Position numbers and translations under genes: made by a program. The notes beneath the pieces were generated by a model. It worked only from the letters and a program-made list of their open reading frames with translations, did not search any database and was not told the origin of the DNA. Source: an uncultured Chlamydiae bacterium (GTDB taxonomy: Bacteria > Chlamydiota > Chlamydiia > Chlamydiales > SM23-39). Taken from it: a DNA stretch of 64,000 bases. The DNA is taken from assembly GCA_963730605.1 (NCBI GenBank), contig CAVSSM010000001.1, positions 192,001 through 256,000 on the forward strand, written 5' to 3'. Numbering within the stretch: position 1 is the first letter of the stretch; every line of letters begins with the position of its first letter. Below are positions 1 through 10,927 of the stretch, piece after piece.

Positions 1-3000
1 GAATTTGGCGGAAGCAGCCGTCCCTTCCCTCAAAAAGAAAAGGAGATCCTCCAACTGATCTCAGGTCTCAACCAGTATGTCCCCCATCACGCTCCCCCAT
101 TGACCGCGCTTCGAGCCCTCGCGAGCGCGGTCTTAGTCCAAAACGAGGGGGGCAAATTAGGCAAACCAGTCGCGGACGAATATTTCAAAACTCTTCCCAA
201 GCTCGGGCTCTTCCGCCTGGACCTCGATGAAGAACTGGCGCTCCTCGAAATTTCCGATATCGATCCGAAAGATCTCCAAATCCTGAAAGAGCTGAAAATA
301 AAAAATCCCGATCGGGCCAAAGATGCCATCGCCTCCCTAGCCTCCGGCAACAAGCTCGATTTGAAACAGATCAATCAATGGCTTCATGCACCCGTAGGGA
401 ACGGAAAAACGGCCGCTCCTCACTCGCTCTTGCTGCAACCCATTCTTGACGATCCTCTCGATTTTGTCACCCCAGCCCCTAAAAAAGCAAATGGCGGCCT
501 TACAGAGGCCGACCTCAAAGACCTTCTCCTCGGACAAGAGACCACCTCGCTCGAAAAGAAGGCGTTCGACTTCTATTATCAAGACGCCCTCTTCTATCTC
601 GAATCTAAGGATACAAATCATTACACATTGAAAAATCTGGCTTTTTTCAAAGAAAAGCGTCTCGAGCTCGAAAAAACGCACTATTACATGCGGGAGGCGC
701 TTGCCGGGATAGAACTTGCCATCTTGCGCCTCTTTGCGAAAGCGCCCAACGATCCTGAAAAAGCGGCCCGCTCGCAGCCCCCGATGGATGGCGATGCATC
801 GGCGCCTGTCGAATTGAATGAGCTGATCGTCCTCTATAGGAAAAATGCGCTCGGGACCCTCAAGTCGAGAAATCCCGAATTGAAAGCGGATGATATCGCC
901 AACCTCGACCGAGGGATCGCCCTTTATCTCGATATGGCGATCCAAAACGGGCAAAGGGCCAAAGTGATCGAAAAGATGGTGGAGGTCGAACGGGTAGGCT
1001 TTTTGAAAGAGGACGATCCGCTCCTCCAACTGGCCCTAACGGAGTTCGTTCAGGCGGCTAACGTCAAACGGCACTACATCCCCACCGAGAAGAACCGCTT
1101 CTTGAAAGTGTTCGAATACCATAACGGCAATTATTACTTAGAAGAACAGATCAAAAACCTGCCTGGGCTCGCGGTCGAAATCGAAGGATCCTTGGAAGCG
1201 CTCATCCTAGAGAATTTGATCCAAGAAATGATGGTAGGGAAAGGGAAAACTACTTACCAACTGCCGACATTCGCCTTTTGGTGCGCAGACGGCACCCGCC
1301 TTTGCATGGCCATTATGCCTGAAGCCCTCATCGATAATATGAAGAAAGGCGAACAAATTCTCGGCAAGTCCTTTATGCAAAAGGTGAAACGGTTCCAATT
1401 CAATATCAATACCGATTTGAGCGAAGAGAACTTGAAAGGCCTCTTGAAGATGTTCGAGGATGCCATCGTAAATCGGGAATTCGTCATGACCACCGACCGC
1501 GATATCAAAGCGTTCCGCAACCAATTCGTCCGGATCTTACGGCTCTGGAACCAGTCTCCCACCCCTGAGCGGGAAATGCAAGCCGAACTCATGCGCAAGA
1601 TCTTCAAACTCTTCAAAGAAAAAGGCTACGTGCTTTGCGATGAGGCCGACATGATCTTCAATCCTCGCTCCGAGCTCAACTTTCCAGCCGGAGAGGCGCA
1701 GCCGATCGGAGAGAGCTACCTCTCGCTTACCCTAAAAATATATGAGCTTTTGACAAGTCCCGAGATCCTTGAAATCGCCAGCTTTGAATTCTTTCCGAGC
1801 AAAGCCAAGGCGTGCACACCAAAAGTTTTCGAGAAAAAAATCAAACCGGCCTTGACGGCAAAACTTTTGTCATTTCTAGAAAATGGGAAAGAGTTCCCCT
1901 TGCTGCATCAGTTCTACCGAAACTGCTCCGCTCCCGAAAAAGAGCGGCTCAAGAACTATTTCTTGGGCGATGACCCGACTCACGAGGCAGAAATTTGGGT
2001 CGAAAAAATTTCCGACGTTGAGCTCCGCGACCAGCTCGGCCTCATCCGAGGGCAGCTGAACATCCTCCTTCCTCTCACGCTGGAGAAAAATTTTGGGGAA
2101 AACTACGGATTCCATACCCATACGAGCGTGCTCGCAGATCCATTCAGCGGCAGCAACGCGCCGAATCTCGGCTCGCAACGCAGCGATCCGTTTGAGCGGG
2201 TCAACGAATCGATCCAAGCCTATTTGAAAGAGCCGGCGTTTCGACGGCCGATCCTCGAAAAACTCGTCTTTGACCTTCAAGGAAAAGCCTTGAAGGAGAT
2301 GAAAGAGAACACTGAAGAGGTCAAGAAAAATCCCAATTATAAGACGAAAGCCCACGTCGAGTTCGAGAGCTATTTCGGAGAGAGGGACGATCTTCCTTTA
2401 TTCAATCCCGACATCGTCGACAGGTTAATGAAAGTTCTCGACGCCGATCCGAAACAAAAATTTGCCCTTCTTGGAAAATATGTGTTGCCGCAAGCGAAGG
2501 TCTATCCGGAAAACCTCAAAGCCACCTCGCAAATCTTCGGCTTTCTTTTCCATACGGTAAAAGGGTTCGCCGGAGCCTTGTGGGACTCAGGCGCTTTCCA
2601 TGACGCGCTCCCCCCCAAATTCGAAAAGGGGGCAAGGGGGCAAATCGTCGCATTAGCCTATGCCCAAGCGAAAAACAAAGTAACGACTTTCCCGAGAGCG
2701 AAAGAGCTCAGGGACGAAATGATCGACGGCTCAAAATTCCGCCACATCTTGGCGTTCATCGACGGCGGCGGCGCCCTCAAAGAATTCGACCTAGAAGAAA
2801 CGGGCAAGGAGTGGCTGGAGGCCCGCATAAAGAACGGATCCTCCGCGGAGTGCGCCATCGTGTTCGATAAACAAGACCTCGCCAAGATTTGGGAAAAAGG
2901 GGAATCAACGCTGATCCCATTGGAAAGAAGCTCCTGCCCCGTCGAAAAACAGCTCACGATCTATGATCAAAAACATACGTTTGGGATCGACATCAAACAA

Positions 3001-4485
3001 GCGATCGACGCCGTTGCCCTAGGTACCGTGAGCAAGAAGATGATCATGCGCGACTTCATCCAGGCTGTGGGCCGGATGAGGAAGATCGCAGGAGGACAGA
3101 GGATCGAAATCGCCCTCTTAGAGAGCGATGCGCTGGCCATCCGGGAGTTCCTCGGCCTTTCGCCGGATGCCCCTGTGGGTGAGAAAGAAGTGATCCGGTA
3201 TTTGATCCGGCATGAAGCGCGCCGCCAAGGCGAAAACAACGAGGTCGCAACGACCCACAAACTCAGCGGCGTCGTCGAAGAATGGTTCATGGGAAAACTC
3301 CTTCAGCTTAAAAATATCGGATTCATAAACGATCTTGTCAAACTGGTCGAGCCTCTCTTTTTCCAGAAACAGACGATCTCCCCTTTCCTCAACTACGGCC
3401 AAGGGACCGACCTCGTGGACGCTCAGGAAGCCTACAAGGATAAAATCGACCGGCTCATCGATCGGCTCGGGCTGAATGGCGGCCTTGCGCAATATAAAAA
3501 TGAGATCCATGCCCTCATGAACCAGACGGTGAGCCGCGCGGAGCTGCCAGACAAGGTGAGAAAATCGATTTTCTCCTCCGGTATGGAGCAGCAGGTCGAG
3601 GTTCAGCAAGAGCAGCAGCAACAGCAGCAGCAAGAACAAATGGTGCAGCAAGAAGAAAGCCAAGCAAAACGGCTTGACGTTCATCCCGCGACCCATTACA
3701 GTTGGGCGCTCGACGCCTCGAGCGTTGAAAAATCGGAAATGTACGAGGAGGCTCGTTCGTGGTCGTCGGCGGCGTATTTTATGACGACAAACCGAATCGT
3801 CGCTGAAATGCCTATCTTCGATGAGGAATTTTTGCTCAGCACCAATTTTCAACTCACGCCTACTCATGGCCTCCCCTTCAGCCAATTCCAGAAACCCATG
3901 CTAAACATTATGATCGTAAAAAACCGAAGGACGAATCAATTCAAGCTCATCGCCTTGGAGCCCTTCGATGCGGCGGCCTTCAAAGCGGCCCTCCAGGAAA
4001 AACAGGGACTTTCGCGCAAACGAAAAGATCCAGACCTTCTAAAAACCCGGTGGACCGGCGAGGATTATTTTACCGAGAAGCACTCGTGGTACAACTTATT
4101 TAGCGATGCCGCTGTCTCTCCACAGGCCGGCGGCGATGATGTGCAGGTATGGATCGGGGATCTCGATTTGAAAAGCCTCTATGAAAGCAATCCGCCAATC
4201 CCCAAGGGCGAATTGGAGAAAAATCCACAACTAGCTCGCCTTCTTGTCCAAGCCAAGTATTTCGACGGCCAGGTTCATTACAATGAAAAAGAACAGGCCA
4301 TTTTAAAAACTTGGCTGGGCAGCGCTGGAAGCGCCTCGTTCTTCAGTTGGGAAAAAGGCAAAATCGAAGAAATGGAAAAACATTTTAAAGAGTCCGTTTG
4401 CGCCTTCAAGGAGCAGTCGAAACGGGATTATAAAAATAGCGCGCTTGGCCAAATTTATCAGGAACTACGGAAAGGTAAGCCATGA
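1..4485 (+). CDS. Very large DUF3638-like / SF2 helicase-like protein, 5' end outside the window; poly-Q tract
   Basis: Frame is open from base 1. Motifs QEMMVGKGKT (Walker A-like), CDEAD, FIDGGG, YDQKHTFGIDI, FIQAVGRMR, then EQQVEVQQEQQQQQQQEQ. Confidence 0.7.
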   Translation, partial: EFGGSSRPFPQKEKEILQLISGLNQYVPHHAPPLTALRALASAVLVQNEGGKLGKPVADEYFKTLPKLGLFRLDLDEELALLEISDIDPKDLQILKELKIKNPDRAKDAIASLASGNKLDLKQINQWLHAPVGNGKTAAPHSLLLQPILDDPLDFVTPAPKKANGGLTEADLKDLLLGQETTSLEKKAFDFYYQDALFYLESKDTNHYTLKNLAFFKEKRLELEKTHYYMREALAGIELAILRLFAKAPNDPEKAARSQPPMDGDASAPVELNELIVLYRKNALGTLKSRNPELKADDIANLDRGIALYLDMAIQNGQRAKVIEKMVEVERVGFLKEDDPLLQLALTEFVQAANVKRHYIPTEKNRFLKVFEYHNGNYYLEEQIKNLPGLAVEIEGSLEALILENLIQEMMVGKGKTTYQLPTFAFWCADGTRLCMAIMPEALIDNMKKGEQILGKSFMQKVKRFQFNINTDLSEENLKGLLKMFEDAIVNREFVMTTDRDIKAFRNQFVRILRLWNQSPTPEREMQAELMRKIFKLFKEKGYVLCDEADMIFNPRSELNFPAGEAQPIGESYLSLTLKIYELLTSPEILEIASFEFFPSKAKACTPKVFEKKIKPALTAKLLSFLENGKEFPLLHQFYRNCSAPEKERLKNYFLGDDPTHEAEIWVEKISDVELRDQLGLIRGQLNILLPLTLEKNFGENYGFHTHTSVLADPFSGSNAPNLGSQRSDPFERVNESIQAYLKEPAFRRPILEKLVFDLQGKALKEMKENTEEVKKNPNYKTKAHVEFESYFGERDDLPLFNPDIVDRLMKVLDADPKQKFALLGKYVLPQAKVYPENLKATSQIFGFLFHTVKGFAGALWDSGAFHDALPPKFEKGARGQIVALAYAQAKNKVTTFPRAKELRDEMIDGSKFRHILAFIDGGGALKEFDLEETGKEWLEARIKNGSSAECAIVFDKQDLAKIWEKGESTLIPLERSSCPVEKQLTIYDQKHTFGIDIKQAIDAVALGTVSKKMIMRDFIQAVGRMRKIAGGQRIEIALLESDALAIREFLGLSPDAPVGEKEVIRYLIRHEARRQGENNEVATTHKLSGVVEEWFMGKLLQLKNIGFINDLVKLVEPLFFQKQTISPFLNYGQGTDLVDAQEAYKDKIDRLIDRLGLNGGLAQYKNEIHALMNQTVSRAELPDKVRKSIFSSGMEQQVEVQQEQQQQQQQEQMVQQEESQAKRLDVHPATHYSWALDASSVEKSEMYEEARSWSSAAYFMTTNRIVAEMPIFDEEFLLSTNFQLTPTHGLPFSQFQKPMLNIMIVKNRRTNQFKLIALEPFDAAAFKAALQEKQGLSRKRKDPDLLKTRWTGEDYFTEKHSWYNLFSDAAVSPQAGGDDVQVWIGDLDLKSLYESNPPIPKGELEKNPQLARLLVQAKYFDGQVHYNEKEQAILKTWLGSAGSASFFSWEKGKIEEMEKHFKESVCAFKEQSKRDYKNSALGQIYQELRKGKP

Positions 4486-5417
4486 CATCTGCCATCTCTA
4501 AACAAAGCGAACCTCCACTCATTTTTCCCAAACTGGAGACCGGCTCGCTCAAAGGTCGAATGATTACGAGACAGGCGGTGGAAAAACCAATGGAAGCCGT
4601 TTGGGAAAAGATTTGCCGCTGGTTTTTGGAATTTGTCCATTGGCTCCAAAGCATTTTCTTTGGCGCTGCCGCTTCTCCTCTGAAAAAAGAACCGGCGCTC
4701 GAACCCATCACCCCGCCGGCTCCCCTTGACACTGCATTTTTACGGCCGAACGATCCCTCTTATAACCTCCGGCGGCTGGGCGTTATGACCTCAAGCAATG
4801 CGATCCAATCAATCGCAACCGTTGAGGTATTTAAGCGGGTGCCCCGCCAAAATGCGATCCGCCTCGGCTACGACGACCCTGTCCATTACCAAACGGCCCT
4901 CGGCGACCGGGCGATTGCGGCGCAAACGGGGCTCACCGGCCTTGCCATTTTTGTCCTTGCGAGAGTCCTGAGGATCGCTTGTCTCCAAGGGCAGAACTCA
5001 TCCGAAAAGGCCCGCGCCTATGCTATTTGCAGTAAAGAGGCCGCCGACTTTTGGCAAAATACCCCTGGGAAGACCGTGCTTGCCGGAGCAGGGCTCCTTT
5101 TGGCCGCTTCCCTCTATGCCCACAGGAAGGGTTGGCTCGGAAAATTCCTTCACGACCCATCTTTGGGCTGGAGGCAGTCCCGGCTTGAAACCCTATTCTT
5201 AACGGCCGCCAACAACCTGAGAGAGCTGTCAAAAACCGATTCCTCTTTGGCAGAGGACTTAGGCAGTCGCATCCAAAAAAATTCCGAACTGATCGAAGCC
5301 ATTCTTCATGTAGAGCTGCAAATCCCGAAAAAGGAGGCCCTAAAACTTACGAATCACTTAAAAGCGGCCTGCCAAGAAGTTCTCGATCCAAATCCTCTTT
5401 TTGAGAGGACGCCATGA
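4482..5417 (+). CDS. Hypothetical membrane protein
   Basis: 311-aa ORF with an ATGA overlap to the upstream gene and two hydrophobic segments. Confidence 0.7.
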   Translation: MTSAISKQSEPPLIFPKLETGSLKGRMITRQAVEKPMEAVWEKICRWFLEFVHWLQSIFFGAAASPLKKEPALEPITPPAPLDTAFLRPNDPSYNLRRLGVMTSSNAIQSIATVEVFKRVPRQNAIRLGYDDPVHYQTALGDRAIAAQTGLTGLAIFVLARVLRIACLQGQNSSEKARAYAICSKEAADFWQNTPGKTVLAGAGLLLAASLYAHRKGWLGKFLHDPSLGWRQSRLETLFLTAANNLRELSKTDSSLAEDLGSRIQKNSELIEAILHVELQIPKKEALKLTNHLKAACQEVLDPNPLFERTP

Positions 5418-6181
5418 GCCTATTAAAATTTTACGGCGCCCTTCCTATCCTTTCGGTCACGTACGGGCTGACGAGCTTTGCCTACCAAAAAATGAAATAT
5501 TGGATCCTCCCTAAACAGCCTGAATGGGACGAGAAATTCGCCTGGCAGAATTTCAAACTGATTTCCCAGTCCAAGCCGGAAGAGATCCAATACCGCGTAT
5601 GTCCTAAGAACATCTCCAGGTTGTCCCCTTATCTTCATCAGGGCAATCTCGGCTTCGATACCAAGGCGGAATGCGACGCCGCCATCGACAGCACTATGCA
5701 ACTCGTCGGGCTTGCTCTCGGAGCCGGAGCTTTCCTCCTCCCGGTCGCCCGCTATTTCACAAGCTGCCTTTCTCAAGGAAGCCTCGGAGTTTGCGTAAAG
5801 AGCGGCATAGAAGATCTATTTTCTTTTTCTGGCTTGAGGCTCTTTGTCGGGGCCTATCTGATTTCCATATTTGCCAATTTCATCATCTTTCCCGCGGTCG
5901 CGCCCCTGATCGTAGACCCCTTACCTCAAGAGCGGCTCCGCCTGCTTGCCGTCGAATATGGGAAAATGCTCAAGGCTTTGCACGAAGTTCTCGACCTTCC
6001 GGCAAACGATCCCAAGTTTATCGAAACGGCAGAGCTTGCTAAATTATTCTTGCGCCTCTCCCCTCACATCGAACAAGAAATTCACAAATCGGCCGCGATG
6101 GACACTCATGAGGCCCAAAGCATCATGCTCCTCCTCAAAAACGTCTGCCGACAAATCCTCGTCAAGCAAGCTTATCCTTAG
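5414..6181 (+). CDS. Hypothetical membrane protein, weakly similar in its C-terminus to the upstream ORF
   Basis: 255-aa ORF with an ATGA overlap and hydrophobic segments. Confidence 0.7.
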   Translation: MSLLKFYGALPILSVTYGLTSFAYQKMKYWILPKQPEWDEKFAWQNFKLISQSKPEEIQYRVCPKNISRLSPYLHQGNLGFDTKAECDAAIDSTMQLVGLALGAGAFLLPVARYFTSCLSQGSLGVCVKSGIEDLFSFSGLRLFVGAYLISIFANFIIFPAVAPLIVDPLPQERLRLLAVEYGKMLKALHEVLDLPANDPKFIETAELAKLFLRLSPHIEQEIHKSAAMDTHEAQSIMLLLKNVCRQILVKQAYP

Positions 6182-7485
6182 CGATACAGGGATGTTTCGA
6201 TCTCCTCGAGGCTCTTGCCTTTTGTTTCCGGGATGATCCATTGGAAAAGGAAGAACGCTCCGATGGCGATCAGGGTATAAAGGCCAAAGGCTCCAGAGCC
6301 TGACCAGGCGGCAAGGAAGCGGGGGAAGGTAAAGACAACGAGGAAGTTGCAGAGCCAGTTCAAAAACGTCATCAACGCGATGCCATGGGCGCGGATGGAT
6401 AAAGGATAGATCTCCGAAACCAAGACCCAAGGGATCGGACCCAGTCCAATGGCGTATGAGACGATGAAGAGGATGAGGCAAAGGACGCAGATGAAAAAAT
6501 GGCTGGGAAAAATAAATGTCGCCGTAAAGAAAAGAAGGCTCAAAGCCACTCCGCCTTGACTGAGGAGGAGAAGGGTTCTTCTCCCAAGCCGGTCGATCAA
6601 AAATAATGCGAGAACGGTGGCAGAGAAGTTAATGCAGCCTAAACCCAAGGTCGCCGCGATCGCCCCTTTCACGCTCTCAAACCCCGCTTCTTGGAAGATC
6701 TTTGGTGCGAAATAGATGATCGCGTTGATGCCGCACCACTGCTGCAGGACGACGACGGAGATGCCAATCAATACCCCTTTGCGAAAAAAGGGAGAAAAAA
6801 GGCGCTTCCAACTCGAACTTTCCAGTTCATGGTTTTTCCGAGGAGGATCATCGCCCGTGTGGAGAGCTTTCAAAGCGGCGGCGGCTTTTTTCGTTTGCCC
6901 TGATCCCAAAAGCCACTTGGGGCTTTCAGGAATCGTAAACAAGAGCGCCGCCTGAAAAGCTGCCGGAATGGCGGTAAAAAAAAGCATGAACCGCCAATTT
7001 TCAGAAACTGTGAATCCTAAATTGATAGCATAGGCGATGAGAGTGCCGACCGTCACGGCCAACTGAAAACAGCCAACGAACGCCCCGCGTTTTGCAGACG
7101 GGGCGATTTCAGCCAAATAGAGAGGGCAAGAAAGAGAGGTAATCCCTGCTGCGATCCCGGTTGTAAAGCGAAGGAAAAGAAGCAAAGGGAAACTGGAAAT
7201 AAAAAGGATGGGGATATTCGAGGCCGCATACAAAACAGCGGCAAAGAGAAGTACCGCCCGTCTTCCGAACTTGTCGGCAAAATATCCGGTAGAAAGAGAT
7301 CCTAAGATGGCGCCTAAAATGATGATCGAGGCGGCCAGTCCCTCAGATGTTGGCGTTAAGCTGAACTCTTTGACGATGAAAAGAAGCGCGCCTGCAATGA
7401 TGCAGGTCGCGTAGCTTTGCAGAAAGCCCGATAGGGATGCCACGAACCCCGACCAGATCGCAAGACTGTGCCGCTGCTTTGCCAT
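6178..7485 (-). CDS. MFS sugar porter family transporter
   Basis: Motifs DKFGRR, YLAEIAP..KRG, PESPKWL, QQWCGINAIIYFAP, PETKGKSLEEI. Confidence 0.92.
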   Translation of the reverse strand: MAKQRHSLAIWSGFVASLSGFLQSYATCIIAGALLFIVKEFSLTPTSEGLAASIIILGAILGSLSTGYFADKFGRRAVLLFAAVLYAASNIPILFISSFPLLLFLRFTTGIAAGITSLSCPLYLAEIAPSAKRGAFVGCFQLAVTVGTLIAYAINLGFTVSENWRFMLFFTAIPAAFQAALLFTIPESPKWLLGSGQTKKAAAALKALHTGDDPPRKNHELESSSWKRLFSPFFRKGVLIGISVVVLQQWCGINAIIYFAPKIFQEAGFESVKGAIAATLGLGCINFSATVLALFLIDRLGRRTLLLLSQGGVALSLLFFTATFIFPSHFFICVLCLILFIVSYAIGLGPIPWVLVSEIYPLSIRAHGIALMTFLNWLCNFLVVFTFPRFLAAWSGSGAFGLYTLIAIGAFFLFQWIIPETKGKSLEEIETSLYR

Positions 7486-7535
7486 CCCCCCATTTTAGTC
7501 CAAAAACTCAGACATGACAATGCTTTTAAGAGGAC

Positions 7536-8291
7536 CTATTCTGGATAAGGACTTTGAGCAAGTTGCAATAAAGATTCGGCTTTTTCGTTATGTTCCACTT
7601 GCTTTTCTCTGTAAGACTCCGCCGTTTCTTTGTAATACTCCGCCATTCCTTTGTGAGATGCGGCTTCTTCTGCTAAAACATTATTTTCAGAGGAGCAGGT
7701 AGGAGATCTTGCGATCGATTCCAGAGTACACATGTTCCGATCTAGAAATGGATTGGTCGGATCGCTCTCAAAAGGAGACGGAGGTGGATCGCTCTTAAAG
7801 AGAGAGCATGCATTCGTTGCGAGCCATAGATTCGGTATGGACGCGGCGAGAGCATTATAAAGGCCGTGTAATCCCATGGCAGCTAAAACGGACCCTGTGT
7901 CCTTTCCTTTACAGCCGCAGCAGCAATTCCGAGCCCCAGTACATTGGCTAACTGAAATTTTACTTGCTCTACTGGGTAAATCATGAAATTGCCTAAATGG
8001 AGAGCTACAAACGCCGCTGCTGATAGGCATACTCTTACAACTTGTGCAGGTCGAGAGTCAACCCAATGGTTTCTTCCAAAAATTCCTAAGACTGCTTTTG
8101 GCACTCGAGTGAGTAGCCCATCCTGCAAAATTCCACGTATGATCACCTCTTCTCCAGTGCCCATGCCGACCAGTTGACCTCCTTGTACAAACATTAAGAC
8201 TTTTTGCAAAAGCGAGGAATTGTTAACAGCATCGCACGTATTAGAGTTCGACGGGAAGAACACTTCCTTTACTGAACGGTTGAATAGACAT
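7536..8291 (-). pseudogene. CPBP/CAAX (Abi) intramembrane metalloprotease-like gene, frameshifted
   Basis: EEVIIRG and FVALH lie in one frame; GSVLAAMGLHGLYN lies in another frame after about 7900. Confidence 0.6.
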
Positions 8292-8464
8292 ATTCTTATT
8301 ATCTCATTTTTTACATTGTTTATAATGTATTTTAAAAAAACTGAATATTAATTTCAAGAAAAAATGGGTAATTATTATCCCGGCGCCTGGTCAATCCACG
8401 AACCTATCAAAATAAATTTTTGATTTGATATGCTGCCTACCTGATCGTTACCCCATCTTCAGAA

Positions 8465-9331
8465 TCAGCCTACTGAGGTTATGCAACCATTGCGGAGCCA
8501 ACGTATAAGCTCTTGACTGCTACATTCTTCCCGAATACTTGCAACGATCTCTTCTCTCATAAGTCCGCTTCCTGTACCGTGGCTTGAGTTAGAGCCATGC
8601 GAATCACAACGAACTAAGACTTCTTCCTGATATCCGTCTCGAGTACATCTTTCTGTTGGTTCCATCCGCGCAAGTGAATAATGAGGATCTTCTATAACAC
8701 AAAGACCACTATTATAGAATAATTCTTTGGCTTTCTTTTCACAACAAGCATCCACGTATGCATTGTCCAATGAGTAATAATGCGTCGTCCCATCGGGCGC
8801 GGCGCATGTCACATCAACATCTCCTAAAGCTCTCAGTATCGTTTTGACATAAACACGCGCGGATTGATCAAATTTGGCAAGGGTGGCTGGATTCAATGAG
8901 TGCCCTATTTGTCTGAGTCCAATGGTTCCTATGAATAATCCCATGATCTTGTTCGGTATCCCAATTTCTCTTGTTACATAGTATCCGAGTTGTGTTATGA
9001 GAAATCCGTTTCCGATGTTAGAGAGCCAAGCGAGCAGCTCTCTGGGCTTTTCTAATGCCGGTTGAGATCCAATGGTGGCATATGCTACTTGCGCAGATCC
9101 CAACAGTGTGTTGAGGGTTCCGATCATTGCATTGCCAATGCCTCCTTGTCTTACTTGAGAAACTCCATTTTTCATTTGAAGGCATCCAAAACCAAGCTGG
9201 GTGGTCTTCTCTAGGACAGCTCGAGTCATTTCGTTCCCGAATTGGGATGCAATTGAGATACTTGTTAAAGTTAGAACGGGGTGGTTGGCAAGCATTTGAG
9301 CGCCATTTACAATATTATTTTGAATAAACAC
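8465..9331 (-). CDS. Hypothetical protein with hydrophobic N-terminal half and Cys-rich C-terminus
   Basis: 288-aa ORF with an AGGAG Shine-Dalgarno upstream of GTG. Confidence 0.65.
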   Translation of the reverse strand: MFIQNNIVNGAQMLANHPVLTLTSISIASQFGNEMTRAVLEKTTQLGFGCLQMKNGVSQVRQGGIGNAMIGTLNTLLGSAQVAYATIGSQPALEKPRELLAWLSNIGNGFLITQLGYYVTREIGIPNKIMGLFIGTIGLRQIGHSLNPATLAKFDQSARVYVKTILRALGDVDVTCAAPDGTTHYYSLDNAYVDACCEKKAKELFYNSGLCVIEDPHYSLARMEPTERCTRDGYQEEVLVRCDSHGSNSSHGTGSGLMREEIVASIREECSSQELIRWLRNGCITSVG

Positions 9332-9427
9332 GACAACTCCTTTAAATTAATTTATAAAATTATACAAAAAAAACCAAAATCTTTTCAATATAAAAGATAA
9401 TTTTAAGATTGCGCCCTTGAGTATTAT

Positions 9428-9592
9428 CTCGACTTTGTACAATTTTTGGCGAGCAGATCCAGAGGAAGCGCTCTGCAATTTTTTTCTTTTTTTGCGAAAT
9501 TCATAGCCGAAGGCACTATTTATGAGCAAAAAAAGGAAAAAAGGGCCAGCGATTCTCTCGGAGATGCCGTCACAAAATTGTACAAAGTCGAG
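9428..9592. mobile_element. MITE-A copy 1 (165 bp)
   Basis: 19-bp TIR CTCGACTTTGTACAATTTT; 5-bp TSD ATTAT, which contains the hflX stop codon. Confidence 0.92.
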
Positions 9593-9593
9593 A

Positions 9594-10927
9594 TTATACC
9601 TCGAAGTGGGCGACTTTCCGCTCTAGATGGACCGGGATCTCCACTTCGAGAAGAATATCGTTCTCATCATATTCCCTCGTGATGATTTTGCCATCCCTCA
9701 TCACCTCGCTCAAAGAGGCGTATTGGCTTTGGGGAACGCGGAGGTGAACCCTCTTGCGCAGCAGCATGGTCTCCCGGATCATGAGTTCCAGCAACCGATC
9801 GAATCCCGTTCTCTTCAGGGCGGAGATTTCGACCGTTTTGGGATATTTGAAACGGAGACGGTCGATATCGAGGCGGCTTTTGCATTGGTCGATTTTATTC
9901 AGCACTGTGATGATCGGCCGGCCCGCTGCTCCAAGCTCTTTCAAAATGCCAAGCACAGCCTCCGATTGGGCGGGCGCCACCGGATTGCTCGCATCAATCA
10001 GGTGGAGCAGGATATCGGCCTGGACCGCTTCTTCCAGGGTACTCTTGAAGGCGGCGACGAGTTGATGGGGAATTTTCCGGATAAATCCGACCGTGTCGAT
10101 CAAGAGGATATCCTGCTTATTCGGAGAGGAGTGAATTTGCGTGTCGTCGTGTCGAGAGTGGCAAAGAGCTTGTCTTCGACCAGAGACATCCGCTTCGGTC
10201 AGGGCGTTCAACAGCGTCGATTTGCCCACATTGGTATAGCCGATGATGGCGAAAGTCCGGAATGTCTGTCCTTTCCCTCGCGCTCCGCTGGGTTTCGCGA
10301 TGCTCTGTCACTTGTTCGAGCTCTCCTTTTGCAGCTGGTCGATCTTGCGCTTCTTCAAGATCGCCGGTCGATCTCGATCTGCTTCTCCCCTTCCCCTTTC
10401 AGGTATCCGCCGCCAGCGCCGCCCATCCTTTGACGGCTCAAGTGGGTCCAAAGACGCCTCAGACGCGGCATCTGATAACGAACGCTGGCGAGCTCGATTT
10501 GGAGCTTCGCTTCCTTCGTTTGCGCCCTTTGCGCAAAGACCCCTAGGATCAGCTCCGTTCTATCGATGACAATTTTTTCGAAAGACTTTTCCAGATTGCG
10601 CTGCTGCTGAGGAGAGATCTCATCGTCGAAAATGACGATATCGCACTTGTGCTCTATGGCCAGTTGCCGGATCTCTTCAACCTTCCCTTTACCAAAAAAT
10701 GTCCCCGGATTGTATTCGCGAAGCGGCGCCGGAAGCTTGAGAACTGTTGCCAAGCCGAACGTTCGCGTCAAATTCTCCAATTCATCGAGCTGTTCGATCG
10801 TTTGTGGCTTGAGCTCCGCTGTCAAATAAGCCCCGATAAGGAGCGCCCTCTTTTCTTGGCTGCCAAGAATTTGGAGACGTCCCTCCCGAACGATTGTTTC
10901 AGATTCCAAATTCGATCTCCAATCCAT
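9594..10927 (-). CDS. hflX: GTPase HflX, split by several frameshifts (probably sequencing errors)
   Basis: GKGKVEEI, IDRTELILGVFAQRAQTKEAKLQIELA, GKSTLLNALT, DTVGFIRKIPHQLVAAFKSTLEE and NKID, spread over different frames. Confidence 0.9.

Noticed and set aside
9347..9682. Short ORFs over MITE copies (also near 14142-14822, 27563, 38413, 49552, 59692, 62534)
   Set aside because: They are translations of non-coding repeats.
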